The position numbers were made by a program, and so were the translations under genes. From an uncultured virus (IMG/VR IMGVR_UViG_3300034092_002263) (taxonomy: Duplodnaviria; Heunggongvirae; Uroviricota; Caudoviricetes), in IMG/VR virus record IMGVR_UViG_3300034092_002263: 64,000 nt of DNA; one strand, given 5' to 3'. Below are positions 56,701 through 64,000 of the stretch, one piece after another. The notes under the pieces were generated by a model. The model did no database searches, was not told the origin of the DNA, and saw only the letters and a program-made list of their open reading frames with translations. The number at the start of each line of letters is the position of its first letter. The stretch's first letter is position 1.

Positions 56701-57151
56701 TGTTGAAATTGCCCTCTTTATTATTAGATAATGCAAAACTTCCTAATCCAATATTTCCAAAGCCATTAATAGTACTACTTAAAGAGTGAAAGCCTACACC
56801 AACGTTGTCTTCGCCATACATGTTACAGCTAAGAGCGTATGATCCAACCGCTGTGTTTTGTATGGCATCTATCTGCGAAGATAAAGCAGAATATCCAACT
56901 CCAACATTATCAACACTTCTATATCCAACGGCGTTTCTTTTTGATAGTGTTTCTTTACCAACTCTTACCGTTCTTAAATCTTCAGTAGAAATATTAAGAG
57001 CGTTGATATCATTAAATTCTGTTAACAAGCTAACAGAATCAATTAAATCAAGTAGGTTTCTTCTGATATCCTGTGGGGATATTGCCCCCACAGAATTATC
57101 TAGAATATCTCTCTTAATATTATCTACTAATACATCTTTTGGTATGATCAT
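53789..57151 (-). CDS. Fibre/spike protein with YadA-head-like beta-roll repeats (1120 aa)
   Basis: Two blocks of 14-aa N-x-x-x-G-x-x-A/S repeats, YNLGS..FRF.NLY fibre motifs, and a coiled coil near the C-terminus. Confidence 0.75.
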   Translation of the reverse strand: MIIPKDVLVDNIKRDILDNSVGAISPQDIRRNLLDLIDSVSLLTEFNDINALNISTEDLRTVRVGKETLSKRNAVGYRSVDNVGVGYSALSSQIDAIQNTAVGSYALSCNMYGEDNVGVGFHSLSSTINGFGNIGLGSFALSNNKEGNFNIALGHGAGYYVDRDIDYQFFVAAHPVDSSFICANPLGSGLKPLLKGDLSSNNLRLGIGIRDLHEGATLQIGGHTIPHVTNSYNLGSNNFRFNNLYLYSSIVFPEANNFVYNSNRFFLSNTLDIDGSLNVVDNFVVSGVSTLKGAVTTGPVNTIGRILASGHVLPKTDVVFNLGDTRDRWLNAYTYNLYCDGVGHFKKYQAQEHEHYRHKTLFLASTGDITVIDGGGATSLYDHFVASGSYKEPQPYLLDEELNGAGFEIGASGLDYLRNYEFTFRSSDSSWDNLSVDDEYSRNSWFSNISIQTEEGRHVKTDRVINKEKIALVTYEDGLGLFINSGTVYLAQENDIDTPNTLVGIGDINFVCASGQLNPYEISIQSPHSGVNLFTKFLTNTSNYNLDNLGSEIVTGFKTGYIANSFLEPPNFFNEQVGQRPHRYIISSYNNTSFAKRCFTLMQDETEGYVGISNFNYAESMLPDTIFNIRSTGNAIARITAENNNDSKAGIQLLGAENCLHYGISFEYIKNSGSMYVTTYNDGVTSDSLTINDDDGTIHILNKNTINAMMSIGSEDNTEANIAFHESSGVPVAVSGYGYLFVRHLEDNELQSSTLSFLDSSGNLFTVDLTASSADGSIVDKPLSLDDLGNTFGGIRSPELRTNLTSSTVRNTSIGYEGLSKLTTGDDNTSIGYRAGKNVTTGSTNVFVGSNNGLAVTTQSKNIFIGSNLAQTGTYSETFLLGYDTTPLLEGSLVSNKHLNVNGYLRLKETATKYTNLYTNYLLVKDNASQNGGSSFSIKFSGSNDQENSLVILNHNNAPLTNTENFASSSRPYAQINGDLRVKGSIRFSNNTSINDASFLETISTLQGNVSTINNTITQNYSELNTLKTKFDDLIIEGIVEADIRPSDLPNSFTDQPLKFFVRKKIVQNNTFVNAPANPPQANLIEIVLRDPYLNVRKGDYVIAIKVNNEYRPISITGAP

Positions 57152-57155
57152 TTTA

Positions 57156-57854
57156 TTACTTTAAGCTGATTTCTAGTTGAGATGGAATAAATTGTACAAC
57201 ATCGCCTTCACCAATAGACTTTTCTACTTCTAGTGGGGCATACATTAATATATTGCCCTGACCATAAGTAGAACTGTCCATTATTGCTACAGCTTTGATA
57301 GTACCCCAACCACCCTTACCAGCTTGTGGAAAAGTAATATTTGTGAGATTTTGAATGAATCCATTGCCATCATATTTACGATAAATTATTTCATCTGGAT
57401 CTGGATTTGTACTAGAACCGGCAGAACCAATATTAGCTGGTCTATAAAAAGTTATACCGGGAAATTCTGTGAACGTATGTGTAACAGTACTTCCATTTCC
57501 AGAGTCTTGAGCTTTAGCTTCTGTTAGATATAATGGATAAACATATACACCAACATTGTTTACTGTGGTATAAACGTAGTAGGCAGAATGTGGATCATTA
57601 CCAACTTCTGACCATCTGGCATTTCCATTATCTGCTGGATTTCCCAAGCTAACTCTTTCATATTGTGTATAAGTAGAAATATTTGCATTATTTGTTATGA
57701 ACTGTGGAACTTCATCCATTGTAGATCCATTATCATTATCTTTTGGTACTGTATTTAATAACGCAATTGAAATGTTAGTTGGTTTTGTAAATGTCCCTGT
57801 GCGAAATAAAAAATTCAATATTTTGCCTTCAAGATAATCCGATATTGCAGACAT
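57156..57854 (-). CDS. Virion structural (fibre-base type) protein; start at 57854 by SD spacing (track start 57860)
   Basis: SDYLE.KIL...IAL....P....EV...Y.RV...N...ITFP.A...WGTI...AI.D....GN.L pattern common in phage tail/fibre modules, with an internal insertion. Confidence 0.7.
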   Translation of the reverse strand: MSAISDYLEGKILNFLFRTGTFTKPTNISIALLNTVPKDNDNGSTMDEVPQFITNNANISTYTQYERVSLGNPADNGNARWSEVGNDPHSAYYVYTTVNNVGVYVYPLYLTEAKAQDSGNGSTVTHTFTEFPGITFYRPANIGSAGSSTNPDPDEIIYRKYDGNGFIQNLTNITFPQAGKGGWGTIKAVAIMDSSTYGQGNILMYAPLEVEKSIGEGDVVQFIPSQLEISLK

Positions 57855-57892
57855 ATTCATTCTCCTTTGTCCAAAAATAACAATCTATGAGT

Positions 57893-57900
57893 ATATACAC
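57893..57900 (-). promoter_or_regulatory. Putative late promoter element GTGTATAT
   Basis: Immediately follows the U-tract of the capsid terminator. Confidence 0.55.
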
Positions 57901-57933
57901 AAAAAGCCACCCCCAAAATGCTTTGAGGGTGGC
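57901..57933 (-). terminator. Rho-independent terminator after the major capsid gene
   Basis: GCCACCCUCAAA-loop-UUUGGGGGUGGC stem followed by UUUUU. Confidence 0.85.
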
Positions 57934-57958
57934 CCTGTGATTGGAACTAGATACTTAC

Positions 57959-58966
57959 TCAGAATGAGCCGAGAATAATTCTACGATTATCTAGTACACC
58001 AAAGCCAAGCTCTGCAAAACCATAGTAACCGGCTCGCTGCTGGCGATGAAGAGTTGGATCTTCAAAGACCTGTAGCTGCTCTTTAACTGGCATTACGAAG
58101 CTATCATTTGATGATTGATCAAGACCAACAACGAGTTCTAGATCGCTACCTTGAACGTTTCCAGAAAGCTCGTTTGTGAAGAAGTCTTGATATTCTTGAC
58201 CTTCGCCAAGTTCATCAAGGTCATGAAGATTTACGCCGAAGATGCGAGTAAGAGGAGCGCCACCTTCTGATGCTGTATAAATTTCACGACGAGTAACTTC
58301 GTCCACTTGATCAAGACCCCAATTGCGAACATCTTCTAGTGCTTCTGGAGAAACATAGAGATCAGTTAGACGACCACGACCAACTGAAGCGCTATTACCA
58401 CCAGAATTACGACGCATAACTGTCTGCATAAGAGAAACGAGTCTCTTTGTGAAAAGACCAGCAGTAGCATCGCCGTCATAAACTAGGATGTTACGATCAA
58501 CGCCAGCAGCGAGTAGTGTGTGCCAAGCGTCGTCATTCATCTTCTTTGTAAAACCAGCTTCCATCACCTGCATTGCACGACCAACGATATCCCATCGGGC
58601 TTCGCGGGCATAGCGTAGAAGATAATCTACGGACGATGCAATACTATATGTTGGAATCATAACGTAGTCGCCTTCGACTGAACGCTCTGGAATTCTACCA
58701 TGACCGGGATTGGTGTAAGCAACATGCTCACCCTCAAGGCCGGGACTGATTAAATCGAGAGGAAATTCAGTTGTTGAACCAGCTTCCACGTTGATGGTTT
58801 CGAAGATATTACCAAGGATGTTACCAACGAGAACACCCTTACGTAAAGGTAGTTCAAGAGCCTTTGCGAATTCACGCTGTGCAGCTTGAGCTACATTGAT
58901 ATCGGCATCCCCTGACTTTCGTAGGAGAGCGATAAATTCATCACTCGGTCTATTATTAATTGGCAT
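57959..58966 (-). CDS. Major capsid protein, HK97 fold (start 58966 by SD spacing; track start 58972)
   Basis: Follows the protease/scaffold and decoration genes; ~335 aa. Long backbone helix (RWDIVGRAMQVMEAGFTKKMND), LYVSPE, IFGV and GFGVLD motifs; followed by a terminator. Confidence 0.9.
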   Translation of the reverse strand: MPINNRPSDEFIALLRKSGDADINVAQAAQREFAKALELPLRKGVLVGNILGNIFETINVEAGSTTEFPLDLISPGLEGEHVAYTNPGHGRIPERSVEGDYVMIPTYSIASSVDYLLRYAREARWDIVGRAMQVMEAGFTKKMNDDAWHTLLAAGVDRNILVYDGDATAGLFTKRLVSLMQTVMRRNSGGNSASVGRGRLTDLYVSPEALEDVRNWGLDQVDEVTRREIYTASEGGAPLTRIFGVNLHDLDELGEGQEYQDFFTNELSGNVQGSDLELVVGLDQSSNDSFVMPVKEQLQVFEDPTLHRQQRAGYYGFAELGFGVLDNRRIILGSF

Positions 58967-58993
58967 ATTCATTTCTCCTTTGTTATTTTATAG

Positions 58994-59440
58994 TCAGGGT
59001 AGGTTAACTTCTACTTTGGCATAACCGTCTTCGTCTTTTGTTGAGACGAATGCGCCGATTGGATTACCACTAGCAACTGTACTAACGTTGCCAGCCGTTA
59101 CAGTGCATCGATAAGCGGTAGCACCCGCCGATGGTGCGCCTGTAACATTATTTGTCACGACGTAACCCTTACGTAGAACGGTTACTTTGCCGCCCTTCTG
59201 AACTTCATCCTTGTGCTGATTAAGATGAGTTCTTGTTAGATCCTTGTTAACTACATCGTTAAGAAGAATGCCAACTGGAACACCAGTTGTAGCATACTTA
59301 ACAAGGTTAACACCTTGATCCATAGCAGCGCCAGAACCAGCAGTATCATATACAACTACCCCACCGCGAGTTGCGGTGCCAGCATTGTAAAAGAAGCTAA
59401 TGTCTGTCTGAAGTTCATATCTATCTGATTTTAGAGCCAT
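58994..59440 (-). CDS. Head decoration / capsid cement protein (148 aa)
   Basis: Between scaffold and capsid genes; PVGILL...GGKVTVL..G.V.T...IG.F.S..D.DGYAKV beta-tulip-like pattern. Confidence 0.7.
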   Translation of the reverse strand: MALKSDRYELQTDISFFYNAGTATRGGVVVYDTAGSGAAMDQGVNLVKYATTGVPVGILLNDVVNKDLTRTHLNQHKDEVQKGGKVTVLRKGYVVTNNVTGAPSAGATAYRCTVTAGNVSTVASGNPIGAFVSTKDEDGYAKVEVNLP

Positions 59441-59457
59441 ATTTATTTCTCCTTATA

Positions 59458-60120
59458 TCACTTACGAAGTACGTTGTTTTCAAGCCACTCTGCTACACTA
59501 GCTCTTGTGGCTAATAGTTCGTCTACATCATCAGAAGCATCGACTAGAGTGGCTTCAGTTGTTGAAACGCCTTCTAAAAGTTCTGCAACTTTTTCTTCAG
59601 CGACAGTTTCTTCTTCTGAAGTTTGTTCTGCCTTTGGCTTTTCTTCTTTCTTCATCATCTTCTCTTTGTCTTCTGACCACTTAGCCATTTTCTTTTTCAT
59701 GGCTGTGATAACTGCGTCAAAAGTTTCGTCATCGAGAGAATCATAAGTAGCTAGTGATTCTTCTACTTCAGAATCATCAAAGCCAGCATCTAAAAGACTA
59801 GCCTTTCTCATAGCCATCTTTTCCTTTTTCTTCATCATGTACATTTCTTGATCCTTCTTCTTCATTTCTTCATCCTTCATAGCAAGTGTTGCTTGAAGTT
59901 CAGAAACTGTAGCTTCTAATGTACTAATTGAAGTGTTTAAAGTTGTTATAGCTTGATCTTTTTCAGCCACTGTTGCCTCTAGCTTCGAAATAGAATCACT
60001 TTGCTCTTTCGATGTGAGTTCTTCTATTTGTGCGCGAAGAGTCTTATTTTCTTCTTTAGTAGATGCTAGCTCACTACGCATGTCAGCAAGCTGCTTCTCT
60101 AAAAGATTTGAATCTGACAT
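59458..60120 (-). CDS. Nested in-frame scaffold protein (220 aa)
   Basis: AGGAGA SD just upstream of the in-frame ATG at 60120, at the protease/coiled-coil boundary. Confidence 0.6.
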   Translation of the reverse strand: MSDSNLLEKQLADMRSELASTKEENKTLRAQIEELTSKEQSDSISKLEATVAEKDQAITTLNTSISTLEATVSELQATLAMKDEEMKKKDQEMYMMKKKEKMAMRKASLLDAGFDDSEVEESLATYDSLDDETFDAVITAMKKKMAKWSEDKEKMMKKEEKPKAEQTSEEETVAEEKVAELLEGVSTTEATLVDASDDVDELLATRASVAEWLENNVLRK

Positions 60121-60909
60121 AATATCATCTCCTATTTGAAAATTAGTAATATCACTAACGTTTTTTTCAGTCGAGAAAGCCCTGCTTGCATCGAGAATAA
60201 TACTTCTTGGATTAGCCGGTTTGGAAACCAAACCTTTTCCAGAAAATGAAATTTCTCTTAAAGATCTACCAATTTTATAGCCTTCATACTCTCCTGTGCC
60301 GCCATATGCTCTTAGGTGTTTTGTTAAAAATGCAGAACCTTCGTTTCTCTCTAATAACTTAGAATTGCCACTATTATCTATTAACGCATAATCAAAACCA
60401 GAAAATAAACATTCCATTGAGACAAACCACTTTCCTTCTTCTATTTCAGAAATGATTTTTTCCATTCTGTCTCTGTTTTCTGGATTAGTCCAACTGTTAT
60501 ATATAACAGCCTCTGTGATTATATCAAACTCATTTGGTTTAACATCATCAGAAATTGGATTGCCGTTTTTGTCTACTACATAACTCCCGGTGATATGCCC
60601 TATGATATCATTTTCGTTGTGCATAAAATTAAATTGTTTGTCTTCTGGAGTATTTCTTGCCGCCCAAGTTTCTTCAGAAGAAAACACATCGTCATTTTTG
60701 TTCCATCCGGTTGATACTAATATTGATTTAATGTAGTATAAGTCTATTTGTTTTGGATTAGCACTTTCTGCTTTAATCTTTTCTATGGCTAACGAAGAAT
60801 TTAAATGACTATTTTCACATAATACTGCTGGCATACAATAAGCTATACTGGCTCTTGCTTGTACAAGATCAGCTATGCCATCACGTATTTCTTGTTTAAA
60901 TATTTTCAT
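59458..60909 (-). CDS. Prohead maturation protease fused to coiled-coil scaffold (483 aa)
   Basis: WNKNDDVF, NFMH...IIGH, VSMEC and GLVSKPANP protease motifs; acidic coiled-coil C-terminal half. Confidence 0.85.
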   Translation of the reverse strand: MKIFKQEIRDGIADLVQARASIAYCMPAVLCENSHLNSSLAIEKIKAESANPKQIDLYYIKSILVSTGWNKNDDVFSSEETWAARNTPEDKQFNFMHNENDIIGHITGSYVVDKNGNPISDDVKPNEFDIITEAVIYNSWTNPENRDRMEKIISEIEEGKWFVSMECLFSGFDYALIDNSGNSKLLERNEGSAFLTKHLRAYGGTGEYEGYKIGRSLREISFSGKGLVSKPANPRSIILDASRAFSTEKNVSDITNFQIGDDIMSDSNLLEKQLADMRSELASTKEENKTLRAQIEELTSKEQSDSISKLEATVAEKDQAITTLNTSISTLEATVSELQATLAMKDEEMKKKDQEMYMMKKKEKMAMRKASLLDAGFDDSEVEESLATYDSLDDETFDAVITAMKKKMAKWSEDKEKMMKKEEKPKAEQTSEEETVAEEKVAELLEGVSTTEATLVDASDDVDELLATRASVAEWLENNVLRK

Positions 60910-60927
60910 TTGTGCCTCTCTTCAACA

Positions 60928-60935
60928 TTATACAC
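60928..60935 (-). promoter_or_regulatory. Putative late promoter element GTGTATAA
   Basis: Intergenic, upstream of the protease gene. Confidence 0.55.
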
Positions 60936-60957
60936 AAAATAGCAAAAAAGTTATGTA

Positions 60958-62979
60958 TTATCCAATTTTTGACTCTATGTAGGCACCTATGACATATTTC
61001 CTAAAAGAATCTACATCCATTTCATTGACATCAATGTTGTTTTCTTTTAATTTCAACATTATTTCTTTTGGTGCTTTAACATTAGCTTTTAATAGAGAAA
61101 TAATAGTACTATTTTCTACGTTGTCATAAGCTTCTAAGTTGCTAAATATATCTAACTTCATCATTTCTAATTCTTGAAATTCTGCTTTAGTTAATTGCCT
61201 TAAATTCTTTTTTTGCTTAGTACCTAAATAAGCTTTAGTTATTAATTCAGAAACTTGATTCCAAGTTTTATCTGACCAAACTAAAATTTCAGCAACTCCG
61301 GGTTTTGACCTAGGTTGTTCAACCCTTTGTTTTCTAACCGTTTCATCTTGCTTTAGTGGAGGTCTTCCGTTTGGCTTAACTTCTGGTGGCTGACTTGTAT
61401 TTTCCTTTTGTTTTTGCATTTTCATATTAAATTGATTTTGCTTGTCTATTTTCTCAAGATCGTTTTTATGATTTGCGTTATGAAATGGGCTAGCCTTTGG
61501 TGGCCCAGCGGTTTCTCTTTTTTCTAACTCTCTTTTTAGTCTAATATTCTCTATTTGTGGTATCTCCTTAAATCTTTCTAGCAATGTCTCATGACTAATT
61601 ATATCACGATCTGCCAGTTGAATTAATAGATTCTTTTGTGCAGCTTCATCAGATAACGTCATTTGATCAAATAATATGTGGGCTTTATGTCTAAATCCCA
61701 TAGCCTGTCTAACTATCTCAACTTCTTTTTCCCAAAATCGGACTAGTTGATCTCTACCATATTGTAGTCTTTCAAGTAATGTTTTTAGAGAAATGAAGTT
61801 ATTAGTAAAACCGCCACCATTATTAGCCATACCCGTTAGTGTTGGTGGAACGCCTAATCCAGCATATATACTGTTAAGAACAGATGTATATTTTTCAGAA
61901 CCTAAGAACTTATATACTTCACTGTTAGATTCTTTAAATTGTAATTCTGGACCCCAAACCAACTCCATTGTGCCTCCACCAACATTGCTAGCTAAAATAT
62001 CTCTTAATTTATTAATAGCAGCCTTATTTGGTAAAATCTTATGTTCTAAATTGCCAAGTGTCCACAATCTAATATTTGATATAGCTCCATCTAATGCCGA
62101 CAAGTCTGCCAATCTCATTTTTTCAAGCATTACTATATCGTCTAGAATGGCATAAATCATTGGGTTAGCCCACTGTTTCCAATCATCTTTCTTATAATAG
62201 AAAACGCTTAATCTTTCGGGATCTAGCGGAATATCTTTTTCTCCACGTAATAAACTCTGTTTTATTGATGGTGGTAGTGTTTCTAAAACGTGATTTGGAA
62301 TATCTCCAGCTTGAAATTTATCAAAAAAAGAATTGGTTGTAATAGTAAAGTTATTCAATCCCATAAATAGTGACAAATTACCATCTTTAGATTTAACCGT
62401 AAGAGGATTGAAGAAATTATATCTCCAAGGTATTTCGTTAGATTTAGCATTTGGAACCTCAACTCTGATGTCACTAGCCAAAGATTTCATATAAGTATTT
62501 AGTTGTGGTGTAATTTTGGCATAACTTCTGTATATAATCACATTGCCACATCTATAGAGATTATTTAAAAATCTCTCTGATCTTTCTTTGCCATTAACAT
62601 TTCTAAACCACTGTTGATAGAATTTCTCAACACTTTTATCTCTATGAACAATTTGTATACCTTGACTGCCAAAATCGCCCATTAGATCAATTATATTCCG
62701 AATAATTCCAACCTTATCATATGCATCCATGCACATTTTAATGATTTTTCTCTGTTGGCTTGGTACTGCCTCATCTGGCCTAAATGCGTAGTAATCTCTA
62801 GATGTAAATCCGGGTTTAACAGACCTATTTGGCTCAATATCTATAAAATGTCGATAATGATTTCCTTGAGTTTTATTTAATGAGGCATACGAGTCAACAT
62901 TATCTGACAATTGTGACATAGCATTAGTTTTGCTGCTAAAATCTTCATCTCTCCATGTTATCATTTCTTCATTATTCAT
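60958..62979 (-). CDS. Portal protein (673 aa)
   Basis: Between terminase and protease. AYDKVGIIRNIIDLMGDF, LYRCGNV, IYAGLGVPPTL and DRDIISHETLLE are typical portal segments. Confidence 0.88.
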   Translation of the reverse strand: MNNEEMITWRDEDFSSKTNAMSQLSDNVDSYASLNKTQGNHYRHFIDIEPNRSVKPGFTSRDYYAFRPDEAVPSQQRKIIKMCMDAYDKVGIIRNIIDLMGDFGSQGIQIVHRDKSVEKFYQQWFRNVNGKERSERFLNNLYRCGNVIIYRSYAKITPQLNTYMKSLASDIRVEVPNAKSNEIPWRYNFFNPLTVKSKDGNLSLFMGLNNFTITTNSFFDKFQAGDIPNHVLETLPPSIKQSLLRGEKDIPLDPERLSVFYYKKDDWKQWANPMIYAILDDIVMLEKMRLADLSALDGAISNIRLWTLGNLEHKILPNKAAINKLRDILASNVGGGTMELVWGPELQFKESNSEVYKFLGSEKYTSVLNSIYAGLGVPPTLTGMANNGGGFTNNFISLKTLLERLQYGRDQLVRFWEKEVEIVRQAMGFRHKAHILFDQMTLSDEAAQKNLLIQLADRDIISHETLLERFKEIPQIENIRLKRELEKRETAGPPKASPFHNANHKNDLEKIDKQNQFNMKMQKQKENTSQPPEVKPNGRPPLKQDETVRKQRVEQPRSKPGVAEILVWSDKTWNQVSELITKAYLGTKQKKNLRQLTKAEFQELEMMKLDIFSNLEAYDNVENSTIISLLKANVKAPKEIMLKLKENNIDVNEMDVDSFRKYVIGAYIESKIG

Positions 62980-63020
62980 GTTAAACCTTTTAATTGGATT
63001 GACAATGTGATTGATATAGA

Positions 63021-64000
63021 TTAATACACATCTTTCATATAATCTGAGAACCAGCTTGGTCCAGTATACATTTTGTCGTCATTTTTATTAGAATGACCAC
63101 CAGTGGCAAATCCTCCATAGAATTTGTACTCTTCTTGTGTTGGTGTTCTTTGTTTTAGTCTAGACGCCATATTAGCCATTAATAAAGCAGAATATCTATC
63201 TTTTCTCATTTTACTTTTTCTACCAGTACCAACTATTACTTCTGGCGTATCCCACCTATCTCTGCCATTTAATGTCTGCGTCATTTGTATCATAGATAAT
63301 TCGTCTTTTAATTCTTCTATTTCAAGGACACATTCTTCTAAAGTATCAAACATTCGGTTTTTTATATCGTCTTCGTGGTGTGACAGATCTATACTCAACG
63401 TATCAAAAAATGGAAATAATAGTACTTTGTCTTCAAAGTCTTTTCTCATTCCATGATTTGCTTCTGCTAACCATTCATGTTTAGCAAATTGACACATTTC
63501 TAATATGTGTAAACCTCTTTCTCCGTCAGTATCTTTTGGTTTTTCGTCATCTATCACGGGCCATATTGCAATTTCACCATCTCTTAACTTATCCTTATCA
63601 TGTAGAGACTCCATAACAGCAACTCCACCACCCTGCGCATCCATTGCTATGTGTACACATGGAAATAATTTCATTAAATCTCTAATTTTTCTAGCACAAT
63701 AGGCATAAAAATCTGTTTCACTTACATATCCCTTTTTAACCTTTTCTTTGTGTTCTGTTCTAGTTGTTGTCCAACAGTGTACAATTCTTCTATGATCATT
63801 ATTTAATTCAATAACGACAATGCTAAAGTTATCTACTTCAGAAGCCGGGTCTACGCCAAATACATATGTTTTATTTACATCACCAATTAATGAAGCTTCA
63901 AAATGTATTTCATTTCCAGCACTATCTTGAATTTGATTATCTGTAGACACAACACATGATTCTATTAAAGATCTCTTAAAGAATCCTTGACTATCTCTCG
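63021..64000 (-). CDS. terL: Terminase large subunit, C-terminal RNase H-like nuclease domain (5'-truncated)
   Basis: Frame is open to the window edge (RDSQGFFKRSLIESCV...). YVFGVDPA, IAMDAQGGG and KDRYSALLMA acidic motifs; upstream of the portal. Confidence 0.9.
   Translation of the reverse strand, partial: RDSQGFFKRSLIESCVVSTDNQIQDSAGNEIHFEASLIGDVNKTYVFGVDPASEVDNFSIVVIELNNDHRRIVHCWTTTRTEHKEKVKKGYVSETDFYAYCARKIRDLMKLFPCVHIAMDAQGGGVAVMESLHDKDKLRDGEIAIWPVIDDEKPKDTDGERGLHILEMCQFAKHEWLAEANHGMRKDFEDKVLLFPFFDTLSIDLSHHEDDIKNRMFDTLEECVLEIEELKDELSMIQMTQTLNGRDRWDTPEVIVGTGRKSKMRKDRYSALLMANMASRLKQRTPTQEEYKFYGGFATGGHSNKNDDKMYTGPSWFSDYMKDVY

Noticed and set aside
2041..63702. All plus-strand ORFs in the track (e.g. 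25900-26562, 40188-40643, 22861-23271)
   Set aside because: They are antisense shadows of long minus-strand genes, with no recognisable motifs. The longest mirrors the Ala/Gly-rich TMP segment.
1..64000. Stop-codon reassignment, tRNA genes, or a contractile injection system
   Set aside because: Genes tile densely under the standard code with TAA, TAG and TGA all used as stops. Gaps are too short or show no cloverleaf. Capsid, portal and terminase are present and no sheath is seen.

Overview
The whole window is the virion morphogenesis region of a large, AT-rich tailed dsDNA phage (Caudoviricetes, standard genetic code), with every credible gene on the minus strand. In transcription order (right to left) it holds: terminase large subunit (partial), portal, prohead protease-scaffold fusion, head decoration protein, HK97-fold major capsid protein plus terminator, a ~21 kb block of fibre/appendage genes (YadA-like, glycine-rich, FN3, cupredoxin, poly-Thr linkers), head-tail connectors, a duplicated-domain tail tube with no sheath (siphovirus-like), likely chaperones, a 2568-aa tape measure protein (TMP), a 3996-aa LamG/FG-GAP adhesin-like protein, and tail-tip genes. 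The most interesting signal is a ~585-aa cassette inside the TMP. In it, repeated (F/Y)AxGG motifs and a duplicated ~50-aa module bracket a PD-(D/E)xK nuclease-like domain and an apparently circularly permuted HAD phosphatase-like domain, suggesting a tape-measure polyprotein that delivers enzymes at injection. Other signals: a uORF plus start-codon-trapping hairpin after the tail tube gene, strong CCWGG avoidance, a GTGTATA late-promoter candidate, a nested scaffold start, and a seven-blade propeller split by very large insertions. All calls come from reading motifs and synteny by eye; no database searches were run.
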